A stretch of DNA of 64,000 nt, taken from Octopus vulgaris. Lineage: Eukaryota. Below the pieces are notes generated by a model. The model saw nothing but the letters and a program-made list of their open reading frames with translations. It was not told the origin of the DNA and made no database searches. Location: assembly GCA_951406725.2 (NCBI GenBank), contig OX597823.1:3720001-3784000 (forward strand), given 5' to 3'. Below, one piece after another: positions 1 through 13,469 of the stretch. The first letter of the stretch is position 1; each line of letters begins with the position of its first letter. Made by a program: the position numbers and the translations under genes.

Positions 1-74
1 ACGATTACCATACACTTTACCATTATAATGCCTCCCTTAATGATCACTGTTCATTTTTTATTTATTTTTAACTA

Positions 75-760
75 ACTGCTAAAATTGCCAAGAAGGCTGA
101 GGGTGTCTTGGCATCACTCACCAAGTCCTTTGTGAGCCGCTCTCCAGCTATCTATCTGCGGCTTTATATAGCTATGGTATGACCTCACCAGGAATTTGCA
201 TCCACGGTCTGGAACCCCTATCTTGCCCAGGATATTAATCATCTGGAAACCGTTCAGCGACGTGCAACCAAGAGAATACCCTCCATCAGGCATTTGCCAT
301 ATTCTGAATGCCTTACTTCCCTGGGCATGGATACATTGAAACTCCGACGTCTGGCAGCTGACTTGGCAGACACCCATAAAATTATTAACCATCTTACAAA
401 CAATAACTCTGAGCACCTTTTCTAACACTCGTGGACATATTTACAAAGTCAGAAAACAGCACAGCTCCCATGACTTTCGGAAACATTTTTATATGCTAAG
501 AGTTGCTGAAGCATGGAACAAACTGCTGGCATCAGTTGTTAGTTGTCGGAGCACTGCATCCTTCAAAACTTCCATGCTTCCTGAGATTCGCCAACACTAC
601 ACCTGATTGTCTCCCCTCCATACACACACAAGCATGTATCTGACTCATGTATTGTTCGCTTTCCAGACATTTCTACATTACTGCATATACTCTATATGCA
701 CTTTCTGACAAGTTGTGGTGCACCTGAGCACTGTATACAATAATTTCATTATTATTATAT
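75..760 (+). mobile_element. CR1/L2-group LINE, 3' fragment (RT C-terminus plus 3' UTR ending in (ATT)n)
   Basis: Plus-frame translation ...EFASTVWNPYLAQDINHLETVQRRATKRIPSIRHLPYSECLTSLGMDTLKLRRLAADL matches the typical CR1 ORF2 C-terminus; in-frame stop and deletion; homologous to 6826-7138 and 25925-26335. Confidence 0.85.
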
Positions 761-805
761 ACATACTTTAATTTATATATTTATATGTATGTATACATAC
801 ATACA

Positions 806-1014
806 CAGGGTGTGCATAAATTACCGTTACAATTTGAAAAAGTAAGAAAAAAAGCCAAAAATAAGGATAACTCAGTGAGTTTATTTGAAAACATAGGCAA
901 ACAAATAAAGTTTTATTAGAAATCACAACACTTCCAAGAAGCTGATTGCTGGATCTCAATTTTAACAGACACAATAAACTGCAGAAGTTGTAAAGATAAT
1001 TCATGGACACCCTA
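806..1014. mobile_element. Tc1/mariner-type MITE
   Basis: Imperfect TIRs CAGGGTGTGCATAAATTA ... TAATTCATGGACACCCT inside a TA-rich microsatellite; no coding capacity. Confidence 0.6.
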
Positions 1015-1056
1015 TGTATATACACGTGTATGCGTGCATACTTATGCATCACCAAC

Positions 1057-1320
1057 ATCATCATCATCATCATCATCATTTAATGTCTGCTTTCCATGCT
1101 GGCATGGGTTGGACAGTTTGACAAGCTGGAGAGCTACACCAGTCTTTAATTGTCTGTTTTGGCATAGTTTCCAGGGCTGGATGCCCTCCATAATGCTAAC
1201 CACTTTACAGAGTGTACTGGGTGCTTTTTATGTGAAACTAGAAGAGGTGCTCTATATGTGGCACCAGCACGGATGCTTTTTACGTGGCATTAGCACTGGT
1301 GTGGCACCAGCATGGGTATA
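1057..1320 (-). mobile_element. RTE 3'-tail copy (severely truncated LINE or RTE-tailed SINE)
   Basis: (CAT)n followed by TTTCCATGCTGGCATGGGTTGGAC, as at the 3' end of the RTE at 29480-31890. Confidence 0.75.
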
Positions 1321-2230
1321 TCAGTATAACGTGTGTATATATGAATATATGAATGTGCACATATCATGGTATTCCCCTCGAGGGATCCTCTCATATTGAC
1401 TTACAGTGCTCGGAGCACAGACATGTACCACCAGCAGATGAGAATTGTCCAGCTTGTGGGACAGAACTGCCAGATCACATGACTTCAACTAATCCTCTCC
1501 TCTATGATTTGTTGTCCCTGTGCTTAAATTAGAAACCATTATGACAGACTAAGCCAAATCCGGAAATGATTAAAGCCATTTTTGCAAGAGAACCCCAACA
1601 GGAAATGAAACAATAAAACATTTTTTTAGTAAACAGAAGAAAAGTTTACAAAATCCAGGCATTGAATGGAAGTGTGTGAATATTCGTTATTATTTGGTGT
1701 TCAAATAATGATAAGAAAAGCAGTTCTAGATTTTGAACTGGCACGAAATTCTTCACTGATTAACAACACGTTTCTGTATTTGTGCTCTTCCCAAGCAAGA
1801 CACATCATGGATAGATCTACTTTCTTAAGCTCATGTTCATGATAAAAGAGGCCTAAGATTTAATCTATATGGCTTTCTTTCAAGATAGCAATATAATTTC
1901 AACAGATACCCTTAGTTTTCATGATGGACATAAAGAATATTAGTTTTCTAACTTCCAACATGAAAGATCGACTTACAACAAAAGCAAACGTTTGCTGAAA
2001 GGTAACATTATGAAGTGGGAAAAAAAAAAAAACCTAATGAAGAGAAAAACCTCATGCTTTCCTCACAGAAAATAAGATGTTTTAGTATTAATATAACAGA
2101 TATGATGGAAATATCTTGGATATACATTTCTAAGAATTTGGCAATCTCTACGGCAAATGAAAGTGTACCTTATTTATATTTTTGACATCTATAATATATA
2201 ATTTTTTAAAATGGTATTGGTATTCTCAAT

Positions 2231-2394
2231 AGGTGCAGGAGTGGCTGTGTGATAAATAGCTTGCTTACCAACCACATGGTTCCGGGTTCAGTCCCACTAC
2301 ATGGTATCTTGGGCAAGTGTCTTCTACTATAGCCTCGGGCCAACCAAAGCCTTGTTGAGTGGAATTGGTAGACGGAAACTGAAAGAAGCCCATC

Positions 2395-2469
<75 letters not shown>

Positions 2470-2630
2470 TGTGGTTGTCACCCCACCATCGCTTGACAAC
2501 CGATGTTGGTGTGTTTACTTACGCCCCCCGTAACTTAGAGGTTTGTCAAAAAGAGACCGATAGAATAAATACTAGGCATACAAAGAATAAGTCTGGGGTT
2601 GATTTGTTCGACTAAAGGCGGTGCCCCAGC
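2231..2630 (+). mobile_element. tRNA-derived SINE family 1 (head, central TA/TG microsatellite, tail)
   Basis: A-box-like TGGCTGTGTG, B-box GGTTCAGTCCC, CTTGGGCAAGTGTCTT core, internal (TA)n(TG)n; many homologues across the window. Confidence 0.85.
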
Positions 2631-3506
2631 AAATAAAAAAATATACATACACACGCACACACACACACATTTGTATCATGTATCTTTTAGACCTGGTGGA
2701 GCTCATTCCTTTCCATCTGCTTTCTTCCAGAAGAGAGAAAGTCAGAGACAAAACTGAAAAAGTAAGAGAAAGAGAAGAATCAACCTCAGTACAAAGCTGG
2801 TATTTTATTTAGTGTCCTCTGGTCAAAATTGACCACAACCGAATTGGAATTATCTCAAGCATTTGAATCTATCCAATGCTCTAACGACTAAATCAACCAA
2901 ACTTTCTGTCCATCTCTGTATGTATTAATGCATATATATGTTTAGCCACTTCTCTTTCCTCTCTATTCTCTCTCTCTCTCTCCTACTGATGTAGCTACGT
3001 ATTGTCTTTACTGCAAAACACTTGTTTCTCCTTCTCTATTCATAGTCTAAACTTTCATCACCTGGTACAAAGCACATCCCTCACTCAGTTCAGGGGGTCC
3101 TGTCTTGTGAGTTATTCGATGATGGCCTTACTGCTGCTGGTACCACATGGGAAACACCCAATACACTCTGCGAAGAGGGTAACATTTGGAAAAGTACCCA
3201 ACTGGAGAAACCGTGCCAAAGCATACCATAGAGCTTTTGACTGTCTTCTTACCTTAGTAGCTCCTGTCAAACTGTCCAATCCATGCCAGCACAGAAAACA
3301 GACATTAAATGATTTTACACACACACATCAGTTCAACTATGTAGCCACACTTATGCTTGAACTTTCTCTCCTCCAGACCTTTCATTTTACCCCTAACAAA
3401 GAACCATGCCCTAAACATTATACACATATCCTCTTTTTCTCCATCTCATACGGCAAGCCAATACATTCCATGTGTATGTTCTTTTGGACTTTTGTTCTTT
3501 GTCAGA

Positions 3507-3885
3507 AATTCCAACTCTGTTTTTTATGTTTTATTTATATTCTTTATAATATTAATGTAGAATATAGAATATATAGTATAAATAATATATATATAGTAAA
3601 ATTAAATGAAGTATTGATTGTCTTATTGAATAGATGAAATATTGAATATTAAGGGACTAGTATACTTTCATGCGTTATAGCAGTCTTCAAGGTCCCAGGT
3701 TGTGACAGGAATGTTTCAAACACTCCTGTCCCTTAATATTTGATATTCAATATTTCATCTATTCAATAAGACAATCATTACTTCATTTCATTTTACTATA
3801 TATATATTATTTATACTATATATTCTATATTCTACATTAATATTATAAAGAATATAAATAAAACATAAAAAACAGAGTTGGAATT
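3507..3885. repeat. Fold-back inverted repeat (about 150-bp arms) with a hammerhead-like motif; probable Penelope pLTR derivative
   Basis: Arms 3507-3657 and 3728-3885 are near-perfect reverse complements. Minus strand 3696-3653 reads GGGAC-C-TTGAAGA-C-TGC(TATAAC)GCA-T-GAAAGTATACTA-GTCCC. Confidence 0.75.
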
Positions 3886-3949
3886 CCTTTGAATAATATA
3901 CATCCCTCTATACACAGTCATACAAACCCCCTTATATATATATATATAT

Positions 3950-4165
3950 AGCCTTGCCTGGCACCTGTGCAGGTGGCCCGTAAAAAGCACCCACTACACT
4001 CACGGAGTGGTTGGCATTAGGAAGGGCATCCAGCTATAGAAACATTGCCAGATAAGACTGGAGCCTGGTGCAGCCTTCTGGCTTCCCAGATCCCCGGTCG
4101 AACCGTCCAACCCATGCTAGCATGGAGAACGGACGTTAAACGATGATGATGATGATGATGATGAT
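3950..4165 (+). mobile_element. RTE 3'-tail copy
   Basis: Ends CCGTCCAACCCATGCTAGCATGGAGAACGGACGTTAAACG(ATG)n, homologous to the RTE 3' UTR. Confidence 0.85.
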
Positions 4166-4262
4166 ATATATGTTCAACCAAAACTGTCCTACGAATGTAA
4201 ATGTGAAATTCTGAGTAACAGTTTTTGTGATGTCTTTGCAGCTTTATTGATAAAGTATATGC

Positions 4263-4295
<33 letters not shown>

Positions 4296-5162
4296 TGTGT
4301 GTGTGTGTGTGTTTGTGTGTGTGTATGTGCTGCACAACCTCCCAAAATTAGACACCAATATCTAAGTGTTATCTAAGCCTGATTAGATTACCTATGAAGA
4401 AAACCTAACCAATACCAGCGTAAGTGGTACCTACAAAGTATGACTCCACAAACACTTTCCACTTAACAAGAATGAAGGACAACTCAGAATAAGCAGACTA
4501 AGATATAAGAAATTCACATTCGAGCATAACAAATGGGTATCCCCATCATCAGCTGCCAAATGGATATCACTATAGTTTCAACACCTGGGCAGTGTCAACA
4601 GCATTAAAAATATAAGTGCTGCCTGGGAATTCATCAGCTTATTCCTACAAGTAACAACATCAAAGTAAACAAATAGCATTAACTTATAGTCGTAAATAGT
4701 ACTTATAAAACAAAGAGCTTATTCCAAAACAGACATTCAAACAATACAACGAATATAGACTTCCAGGTACTTTGTTTCTCAATCTGTTTATATATTCGTA
4801 TATACATATAAAATGTTTATGTATGTACATGTATGTATATTCGTATGAATTATCACTTTCAAAAGGAATACATATCTTTCACAAGCCATCTTCGTTACAG
4901 CAATAAAAAACATCAACAACAACAATACCAGTAATATGAACAAGAACAACAAAAACATCAACAACATCAACACTATCAAAGTTAATAATACCCCCCCCCC
5001 CACCACCACCACCACCGCCACCCAAATGCTGCAGACCTACTATGACTAAACAATTTACAATTTAGAAGTCATTAATTTTCTTCCCTCAACTCACAGGCCT
5101 CCATCGCTCTACTCAGGTCTCATAACAAAGTAAATCATTTTTTCATATATTTTAACTTTTTG

Positions 5163-5199
<37 letters not shown>

Positions 5200-6414
5200 G
5201 GCTTGTCCTTTATAAGTGCTGCTGCCACATAAAATGCACTCCATCATCCCCCCCACCGTGTGTGTGTGTGTGTGTGTGTGGTGGGGCTGTTGATATAATA
5301 AGAGAAACAATAGAGTACAAACAGCCATCAAACCCGTTGTGAGTACCTTCATCAGAAGTACACGGCTTTATTATCGTACCAACGTTAGAAACCATTTAAT
5401 GTTGTAGGCAAGGGGTCAGTTATTGCAGCTGGGAGTTTAATTGCTGCTGGTGTTGTTGATGTGGATGTGATTGTTGTTGTAGCTGTTGTTCTTGTTGTAG
5501 TTTAGAGGGCAAAGTTTTAGGTGCATCCACTTGCGGATGTAAAATTTGGTGACACCCATAAATGTATCTTATTTCTGATGTGATAATGATGATGATTATA
5601 GATAGACCTACGCACGCACGTGTGTGTGTGTGTATACATATATGTATATGTATATGCATGCATATACATGTGGGTGTATGTATGTATGTATACATATTTG
5701 TTTGTGTGTGTATGCACATGTATATGTGCAAATGTGTATGTGTTTGGTATATACAGAGAGAGAGAGAGAGAGAAGAAATTACACTACTTGCAATATGATA
5801 TTTAATACTGGTAGTTTCTTAGAAACAATCACACACACACTTACAGACCCTTTTGTGTAAAGTATATTTTTTTCTGAAGCCCCTTTCCCACACCAAGGAT
5901 TAATAGCCTTTTGAGATGTCAATGAGTGCACTGTAGCCACCTTAGTACATAATAAAACAACAGTTCGAGCGAGAGGTACCCAGATTATCCAAGATACTAT
6001 GCTTAGTTATACTGGATATACACTATTACATGTAATTAACAGGAAACTTGTTAAAAATAGGAAATAAATCTCCTTAAAACCAATCTTACCATCTTGAAAC
6101 AAAAGAACACATTGGCTGATAGAGTCCCAGCTGCTTTATTCTTGGTAGGAATGTCTTTAATCCATAAGTCTATGTATTCAGGATCAGTCCAAGAGACTGC
6201 TTGGAAGAGTGTGTACAAGATACCCAGTATAAAATAACGTATTATTAAAATAACACTTTTATGTGGGCATTCAAGGATGGCTAGAAATAACAGCTAAATC
6301 TCATTAACTTAAGCCTACCAGCTTAAAAAGTGATCACAGTCAAAGCTACGCTCTGCCAGAACAAAATGACTGATTGATCTTGGTTAGAATGCCTTTGATT
6401 CATTGGGTCTAGAC

Positions 6415-6744
6415 CAGGGCTGGCCAAGCTGAGGCCCACGGGCCACATGGGGTCCGCAGACTTTTATATTGTGGCCCACTGATACTTTCTTGAAATGGGT
6501 TTATTTAAACAAACATTTTAAAACTTTTATCAAAAATTAAAGATTGTAATGAAAAGTAAAAAAGAAAGATACTACTGTTTTTGCAATGATAATATTTCAT
6601 GTTGAATCAACGATCATTCATTCATTATTGTAATAATAGCATGAGAAAGCAAAATGCTTTCAATTCTGTCAGTATACAAGCGACCCTCAAAATACTTTCT
6701 GTGATTAAAGTGGCCCGCAATGTGATTCGAGTTGGCCAGGCCTG
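6415..6744. mobile_element. hAT (Charlie-like) MITE
   Basis: TIRs CAGGGCTGGCCAA / TTGGCCAGGCCTG flanked by a perfect 8-bp TSD GTCTAGAC (6407-6414, 6745-6752), the NTCTAGAN-type Charlie target. Confidence 0.9.
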
Positions 6745-6825
6745 GTCTAGACCAATGTACTGGTTGCTTCGCCACCCTCTTATAGGGCCTGGGCATGGAT
6801 CCATGGGTCACACCTTGTTGTTCAT

Positions 6826-7138
6826 CTAGGCATTTGCCATATTCTGAACACCTTACTTCCCTGGGCATGGACACATTGAAATTCCAACATCTGGCAGCTG
6901 ACTTGGCAGACACCCATAAAAATATTAACCATCTTACAAGCAATAATTCTGAGCACCTTTTCAAACTCCATCTGTCTAACACCCGTGGATATGTTTACAA
7001 AGTCAGAAAACAGCACAGCTCCTTCCATGACTTTCGGAAACATTTTTTCACGCTAAGAGTTGCTGAAGCATGGAACAGACTGCCGGCATCAGTTGTTAGT
7101 TGTCGGAACACTGCATCCTTCAAAACTTCCATGCTTCC
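6826..7138 (+). mobile_element. CR1-group LINE 3' fragment
   Basis: RHLPYSEHLTSLGMDTLKFQHLAADLADTHK...FRKHFFTLRVAEAWNRLPASVV; near-identical to 288-580. Confidence 0.85.
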
Positions 7139-7183
7139 TAGAAAGAAACCAACACCATTTGTCAAGCATTGGAGGTGGGATAA

Positions 7184-7214
<31 letters not shown>

Positions 7215-7229
7215 TTACATGTTTAGGAC

Positions 7230-7790
7230 TTCCACTCGATTTCCATCAAGCAAATTCACTCTCAAAGTATTGGCTGTCCTGGAGCTATAGTAGAAGACAC
7301 TTACCCAAGGTGTCGAGCTGTGGGACTGAACCCAAAACCACATGGCTGCAAAGCGAGCTACAAAACTACACAGCCATGCATGCAGCTTTAATTTCTCTTA
7401 CTTGTTTCAGTCATTTGACTGCAGCCATGCTGGAGCACCGCCTTTAGTCAAACAAATCAACCCCAGGACTTATTCTTTGTAAGCCTAGTACCTATACTAT
7501 CGGTCTCCTTAGAATGCCTTTGATTCATTGGGTCTAGATCAGGGCTGGTTTACATCCGCTAAGTGACGGGGACGTAAACACACCAACATTGGCTGTCAAC
7601 CGATAATAGAGAGGACAAACACAGACAATGATAATATTTCATGTTGAATATGACAGGCTTCTTTCAGTTTCCGTCTACTAAATCCACTTACAAGTCTTTG
7701 GTCAGCCCAAGGCTATAGTAGAAGATACTGGCCCAAGGTGCTACACAGTGAGACTGAACCTGGGACCATGTGGCTGGGAAGCAAGCTTCT
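7230..7790 (-). mobile_element. Two SINE family 1 copies (head half at 7230-7380, near-complete copy at 7393-7790)
   Basis: Reverse complements of the family 1 head (GGGACTGAACC) and tail (CTTGTTTCAGTCATTTGACTGC). Confidence 0.8.
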
Positions 7791-7919
7791 TTATTTATTC
7801 TTTTTTAATGTTTCAGACACAAACGCACCATTAGCTCCTTCATTTAGCCGCTGAGCCACGTTACAGTGCTACAAACCGAGCAAACAACTGTCATGAGAAA
7901 AAGTTTCAATGATGAAACA

Positions 7920-8320
7920 AGGAGTGGCTGTGTGGTAAGTAGCTTGTTTACCAACCAAATGGTTCCGGGTTCAGTCCCACTGCTTGGCACCTTGGGCAAG
8001 TGTCTTCTACTATAGCCTCAGGCCAACCAAAGCCTTGTGAGTGGATTTGGTAGACGGAAACTGAAAGAAGCCCATCGTATATATATATGTATGTGTGTGT
8101 GTTTGTGTGTCAGTGTTTGTCCCCCTAGCATTGCTTGACAACCGATGCTGGTGTGTTTATGTCCCCGTTACTTAGCGGTTCGGCAAAAGAGACCGATAGA
8201 ATAAGTACTGGGCTTACAAAAGAATAAGTCCCGGGGTCGAGTTGCTCAATTAAAGGTGGTGCTCCAGCATGGCCGCAGTCAAATGACTGAAACAAGTAAA
8301 AGAGTAAAAGTAAAGAGAGT
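7920..8320 (+). mobile_element. SINE family 1, well-preserved copy
   Basis: GGAGTGGCTGTGTGGTAAG...GGTTCAGTCCC head, central microsatellite, tail ending GACTGAAACAAGTAAAAGAGTAAAAG. Confidence 0.9.
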
Positions 8321-8811
8321 AACAACCATTTTAACTGACCGTTTGACCAAGCAATCAAAATGTGAAGAGAATGAAGTAGAAGCTTGTTGGTTTTTATTTC
8401 AAATAAATTGCCAACTGCTGAATCAATGTGACTTGTCCAGTCTGGTAATGAACTGGTTGTCATTGGTTCTATAATATGTCTCACAACAATATGGTGGTTG
8501 GTTGGTTGGTTGGTTGGTAGTTGTGGTGTGAGTGGCAATATAATTTCACTGACACTAGGTCAACGATCTACTTGAGATTTCAGACTGGATGGGATTCCAT
8601 CACAAAGAAAATTCTCTCTCTCTCTCTCTCTCTCTCTCGAAATAAAAAAAAATGATGAATAAATGAAATAAAAATAATAAATTAATAAAAAATAAAATGG
8701 CAGAGATAAACATCACAAACTTTTGTTTCTGCCTTGAAAAATATATCAGGTTTTATGGATTCCTAGGGAACAGAATGTCAGGTGAGATTAGATGTCAAAC
8801 GGTAAGTATGT

Positions 8812-8848
<37 letters not shown>

Positions 8849-9101
8849 GTGTGAATGGATAGATAGATGTATGTATGCATTTTTTAAGCATTTATGTAAA
8901 TGTGTATGTATGTATGTATTTATACACACACACACACACACACATGCATACATAGCTTATATGTGTGTGTGTGAGCAAATCTGTGTGTATGAGCAAGTGG
9001 GAGTTTGATCTAAAAATACATAATGAGTGTTTGTGCGTGTGTGTGTGTGTGCACATACATACATATGTACATACATACATACATACATGCTATGTACATC
9101 A

Positions 9102-9250
9102 ATGATTTTGTGTCATTGAAATAAATCATTCTAGGTTTTATATAGTGGCAAGAATTTCTTCTCTGAAGACCTTCTCCTGTTCAGCTCTCTTGAGAATTTC
9201 TTGCTATTATATAACACCTAAAATGATTTATTTCATTAACACAAAACCAT
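9102..9250. repeat. Short imperfect inverted repeat (about 57-bp arms)
   Basis: ATGATTTTGTGTCATTGAAATAAATCATTCTAGGT... pairs with ...ACCTAAAATGATTTATTTCATTAACACAAAACCAT; the spacer contains CTGAAGA. Confidence 0.65.
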
Positions 9251-10704
9251 AAATTTCTAAAGGAAGAGTATTAGCAATTTAATTGATCACAGTATATTAC
9301 TGGTATTTATTATGTTTGCCCCAGTGAGATGATTGGTAAAGCCAGTTCCTATGTGATATGAACTCAGAACATAAAGAAGTATAACAAGGCATTTAGTCAG
9401 AAAAATTAGTGCTTACAACTCTCCACCACTCCAGTCTTAATAGTCATTGCCAGTGCCGACTGACTGGCTCCCCATGCTGGTGGCACGTAAAAAGCACCAC
9501 CTGAACGTGGTCTATGCCAGCCCCCCCCCCCCCCCTGACTGGCTCCTGTGCCAGTAGCATGTAAAAAGCATTATTCAAATGTTTTGAGTTAATAAAATTA
9601 TGGAGACACATAAATATTAGTGTGGTCATTATGAATGCAACATGTTGCTACTTAATTAATTATTTAACAACCCAAATGAAACACACAGAAAATGAATTAG
9701 CTTTAATCTTCACTTGAAACCTCATTGCTGGGCTAAATCCCTCACTGAAACTTTATCAATTGCTTTATAACAGTCCCCACAGCAATCATTCACATATTAA
9801 TACACCTATCTAGAATCCAATATAAATTCCTTACCCTCAACAAATCCATGTAAACGCCTAAAAAATGGGAGAATATTCTTTCAAAATCTAGACTATGTGA
9901 ACATAGATAAGATTTTGACGCCATAATTTCTTAGATAGTGCCCGAGATGGAAGCAAGCTTGAAGTCACACTAAAAATTCCTATCAATTAAATGAAATTAC
10001 TTAAATTTACATCTAATATCAAATTAATTTGGTCTAATTAAGAGCCCAGATTATTATCATTTGTTAATATTTAAAATCAAAATAATGAACAACTGATAAG
10101 ATATTTAGCTTAACAGATTTTTTTTACTTTCACTTTTCCTACATTACTTGATTCAGTCACTGAACTGCAACCATGCTGGGGCACTGCCTTGTTTAGTCAG
10201 ACAAGGTAATCCATGATTAATTCAAAACAAGGTGAATAAATAAGCATTACATTTGACAGAATAATCTGAATGTTCAGAGTTTTCTATCATAGAATGAAAA
10301 GCAGTCACAGGCTGGTTGACTTCAGAAGGGTTAAAGCCCATTATTATCAGAGCAACAGAATATGTACCAAGCTACTGGCTTAAAAGAATGGTAGATATGG
10401 AATTATGGAGAAAGAAGACAGCTTTGTAATTCTTATGCTACACTTGATTATGATATCTGAGGCTAAAAAATCAGCAAGACCTTCTCAAGGATTAAATGGT
10501 TATTGGTTATGTAAAGAATTGCGAAAAGAGCAAAACCAGCTGTCTCCGTTGGTCTCTCTGCTTTGTTGTTTTTTTCTTTACAACCTCTGCACTGTGGCGA
10601 CTGGTGAGGATAAACTTTAAAAAACTCAGGGAGAGAAAACATACACATACACACACAGGTACACAAGCACAATACACACACACACACACATTAATGTATA
10701 TATT

Positions 10705-11100
10705 CTTTTATTCTTTTACTTGTTTACTTGTTTCAGTCATTTGACTGCAGCCATGCTGGAGCACTGCCTTTAGTTGAGCAAATCGACCCCAGGACTTATT
10801 CGTTGTAAGCCTAATACTTATTTTATCGGTCTCTTTTTGCTGAACCGCTAGGTTACGGGGATGTAAACACACCAGCATCACATGCCAAGCAATGTTGGGG
10901 AACAAAAACAGACACACAAACACACACACACACATATATATATACAACGTGCTTCTTTCAGTTTCCATCTACCAGATCCACTCACAAGGCTTTGGTCGGC
11001 CCGAGGCTATAGTAGAAGACACTGGCCCAAGGTGCCACACAGTGGGACTGAACCCGGAACCATGTGGTTGGTAAGCAAGCTACTTACCACACAGCCACTT
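10705..11100 (-). mobile_element. SINE family 1 copy
   Basis: Full reverse-complement match to 7920-8320. Confidence 0.85.
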
Positions 11101-11560
11101 GTGACATAACATACATACAGAACATATATACATAAACATGTACATATATATACATACATCACATACATACATGTACATACAAGTACGTACATGCATAATA
11201 TCTATACATAACACATACATACATAACATACACATACATTCATATACACATATATGGACATACATACATACAATGCACACGTGTGTATAAATGTTACAAC
11301 TATAATCAGCTTAATTTGAGGAAGAAGATTTAGATTAATCGAAATATCCTTTCATCTTTTCATTAGCTTTTGTTCTTTTGGCTGTCAACTTTGAAAAGCA
11401 GATGACAAAACTGTATTTGAAAGACCAATGCATTAATTAAAGATTAGCTAATATACTGAAAGCTTCTGAGGGCAACGACTGTAAGTCGTGTTTGGAACAG
11501 GATCCATCAGAAATTTTACAGAGCTCTTCTTCCCTGTCTTTGTCTCATCGTTCACTTTAA

Positions 11561-11757
11561 CCCTTCAGCATTTCAACCAGCCACATCCATCCCAAATATT
11601 CAACCTGTTTTATGTTCAAACTGACCTACAATGTCATTGTAAAAATAAGCAAACAGATCCTCAAAATCTCAAAGCTACGAGATAATGCATGATTAATTCA
11701 AAACAATGTGAATAAATAAGCATGAAATTTGACAAAGTAATCTGAAAGCTAAATAGT
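11561..11757. mobile_element. piggyBac-like MITE
   Basis: TTAA followed by CCCTT terminus; inverted homologue of 37778-37988; a fragment also lies near 10210-10335. Confidence 0.6.
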
Positions 11758-12483
11758 TCAGAACCAGCCGTCACCTGTAAACAGGTATGGCTTGGTAACA
11801 GGTATTATGTTTTCATTAATGACTGCATATCTAGCCATGAGCAGAGAATAGTCACCTTGACTCTTTCCCATCATTTGATCCAGAAGTACATCCAGGATGT
11901 GACATCAAGAGACAGAGAGGGGTGGGGTGAGAGGTGGACAAGCACTCGGCTGATAATCATTGACAGCTGAGTAGACTGGTGCAATGTGAAGCAAAGGCTC
12001 TTGCTCAAGAACAAAATGTGCTACCTGACTCAGGAATTGAACCATGACACTATGACTGTGAGCTAGACACCCTAGCCATTAGGCTACAAAATGTATTTAC
12101 CCTACATAGAAAGATTTCATTATAATTATTATTAAGGCAGTGAACTGGCAGAATCATTAGCATGCTGGACAAAATAGACAAGATGCCCGTCTTTATGTTC
12201 CAAGTTCAAATTCTGACAAGGTTCACTTTGCTTTCATCCTCTTGGGGTTGATAAAATTAGTACCACTTGAGCCGTGGTATCAATGCAATCCCTTACAAAT
12301 TTCAGTTAGTAGAAAGGATTATTATAATTATTGTTAAATTTATATAGAAACATAATCTGAACACAAATTTTCTAGAGTACAGTTGTGGGGAAAAAGTGAA
12401 AGGGTCTCTTGACAAATCATTTCACAGTTTGTTGCATGCTCCCCAGAGAAACATTACACAACTTCCTTCCCTTCCTGCCAGTT

Positions 12484-12520
<37 letters not shown>

Positions 12521-12539
12521 GCAGCAACAACAACACCAA

Positions 12540-13355
12540 CACTGTGCTTCATATATTTGTACCCCAGTGTCACTTGGATGGCATGTACTGATTGATCTCT
12601 CACTCAATGATAATAATAACAAAATAAAACTAACAAGAAATGATAGACACAAGTTCCAGACAAGGTAGATTGACAACGACCAGACCCAAATCATCTGAGG
12701 TATTCAAACTGACAAACAAATAAAAGCAAATATCCCAGGCATAATAATCAAGGATTGGGAAAAAAAACAACCACCCGCTTACTGAAAGACATTGCAGTCC
12801 CATCTGATCAAAATATTGCCCCAAAAGAAGTGGAGAAATTGTCAAAGTACAAAGACCTTGAAACTGAGGTGGATGTGGGGCATGGGTTGAAAACAATACG
12901 GGCAATAATTGGAGCATTGGGTACGATAAAAAAACAACAACGTAAGGACAAAAATGCAGAAGCTATACCTGGACCCTCAACACTACACACAATCCAAAAA
13001 AATAGCCCTGCTCAGAACATCTCACATCCTATGCAAGACACTGTCACATCAATAGTGCAACCAGACCAAAACAATCCACAGACACAAGACAAACTCTATA
13101 CAATAAATAACCAATAACATCAACAACCCCCACAACATGTACTCTCCAGGCCAAATACCCAACACACAATACAAACACTAATACAACAAAAGACTGCAAC
13201 CAAACTCCATAACAAAACAAACAGATGCAATACAATACCCAGGAGAGTTTGCACTACCCCAATAACAAAAGAACATACAGTGCTGCACACACCCCAGCAA
13301 TATGGAGGGGTGGCAGGTGGAGCAGTAGAAATCTCACTGAAACTATCAAATGTCA
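12540..13355 (+). mobile_element. R4/Dong-like non-LTR retrotransposon, 3' fragment (copy A)
   Basis: IQTDKQIKAN... and DIAVPSDQNIAPKEVEKLSKYKDLETEV resemble the RLE (PD-D/ExK) C-terminus; bounded by (CAA)n and (TAA)n tracts. Confidence 0.75.
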
Positions 13356-13393
<38 letters not shown>

Positions 13394-13469
13394 CAATAAT
13401 AATAATAACAATAATAATAATAACAATAATAATAATAATGACGACAACAACAACAACAATAACAATAAT

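Noticed and set aside
5420-5731. Poly-Q ORF as a protein-coding gene
   Set aside because: Its N-terminal half is microsatellite and it ends right after the Q tract; kept only as part of a possible UTR exon.
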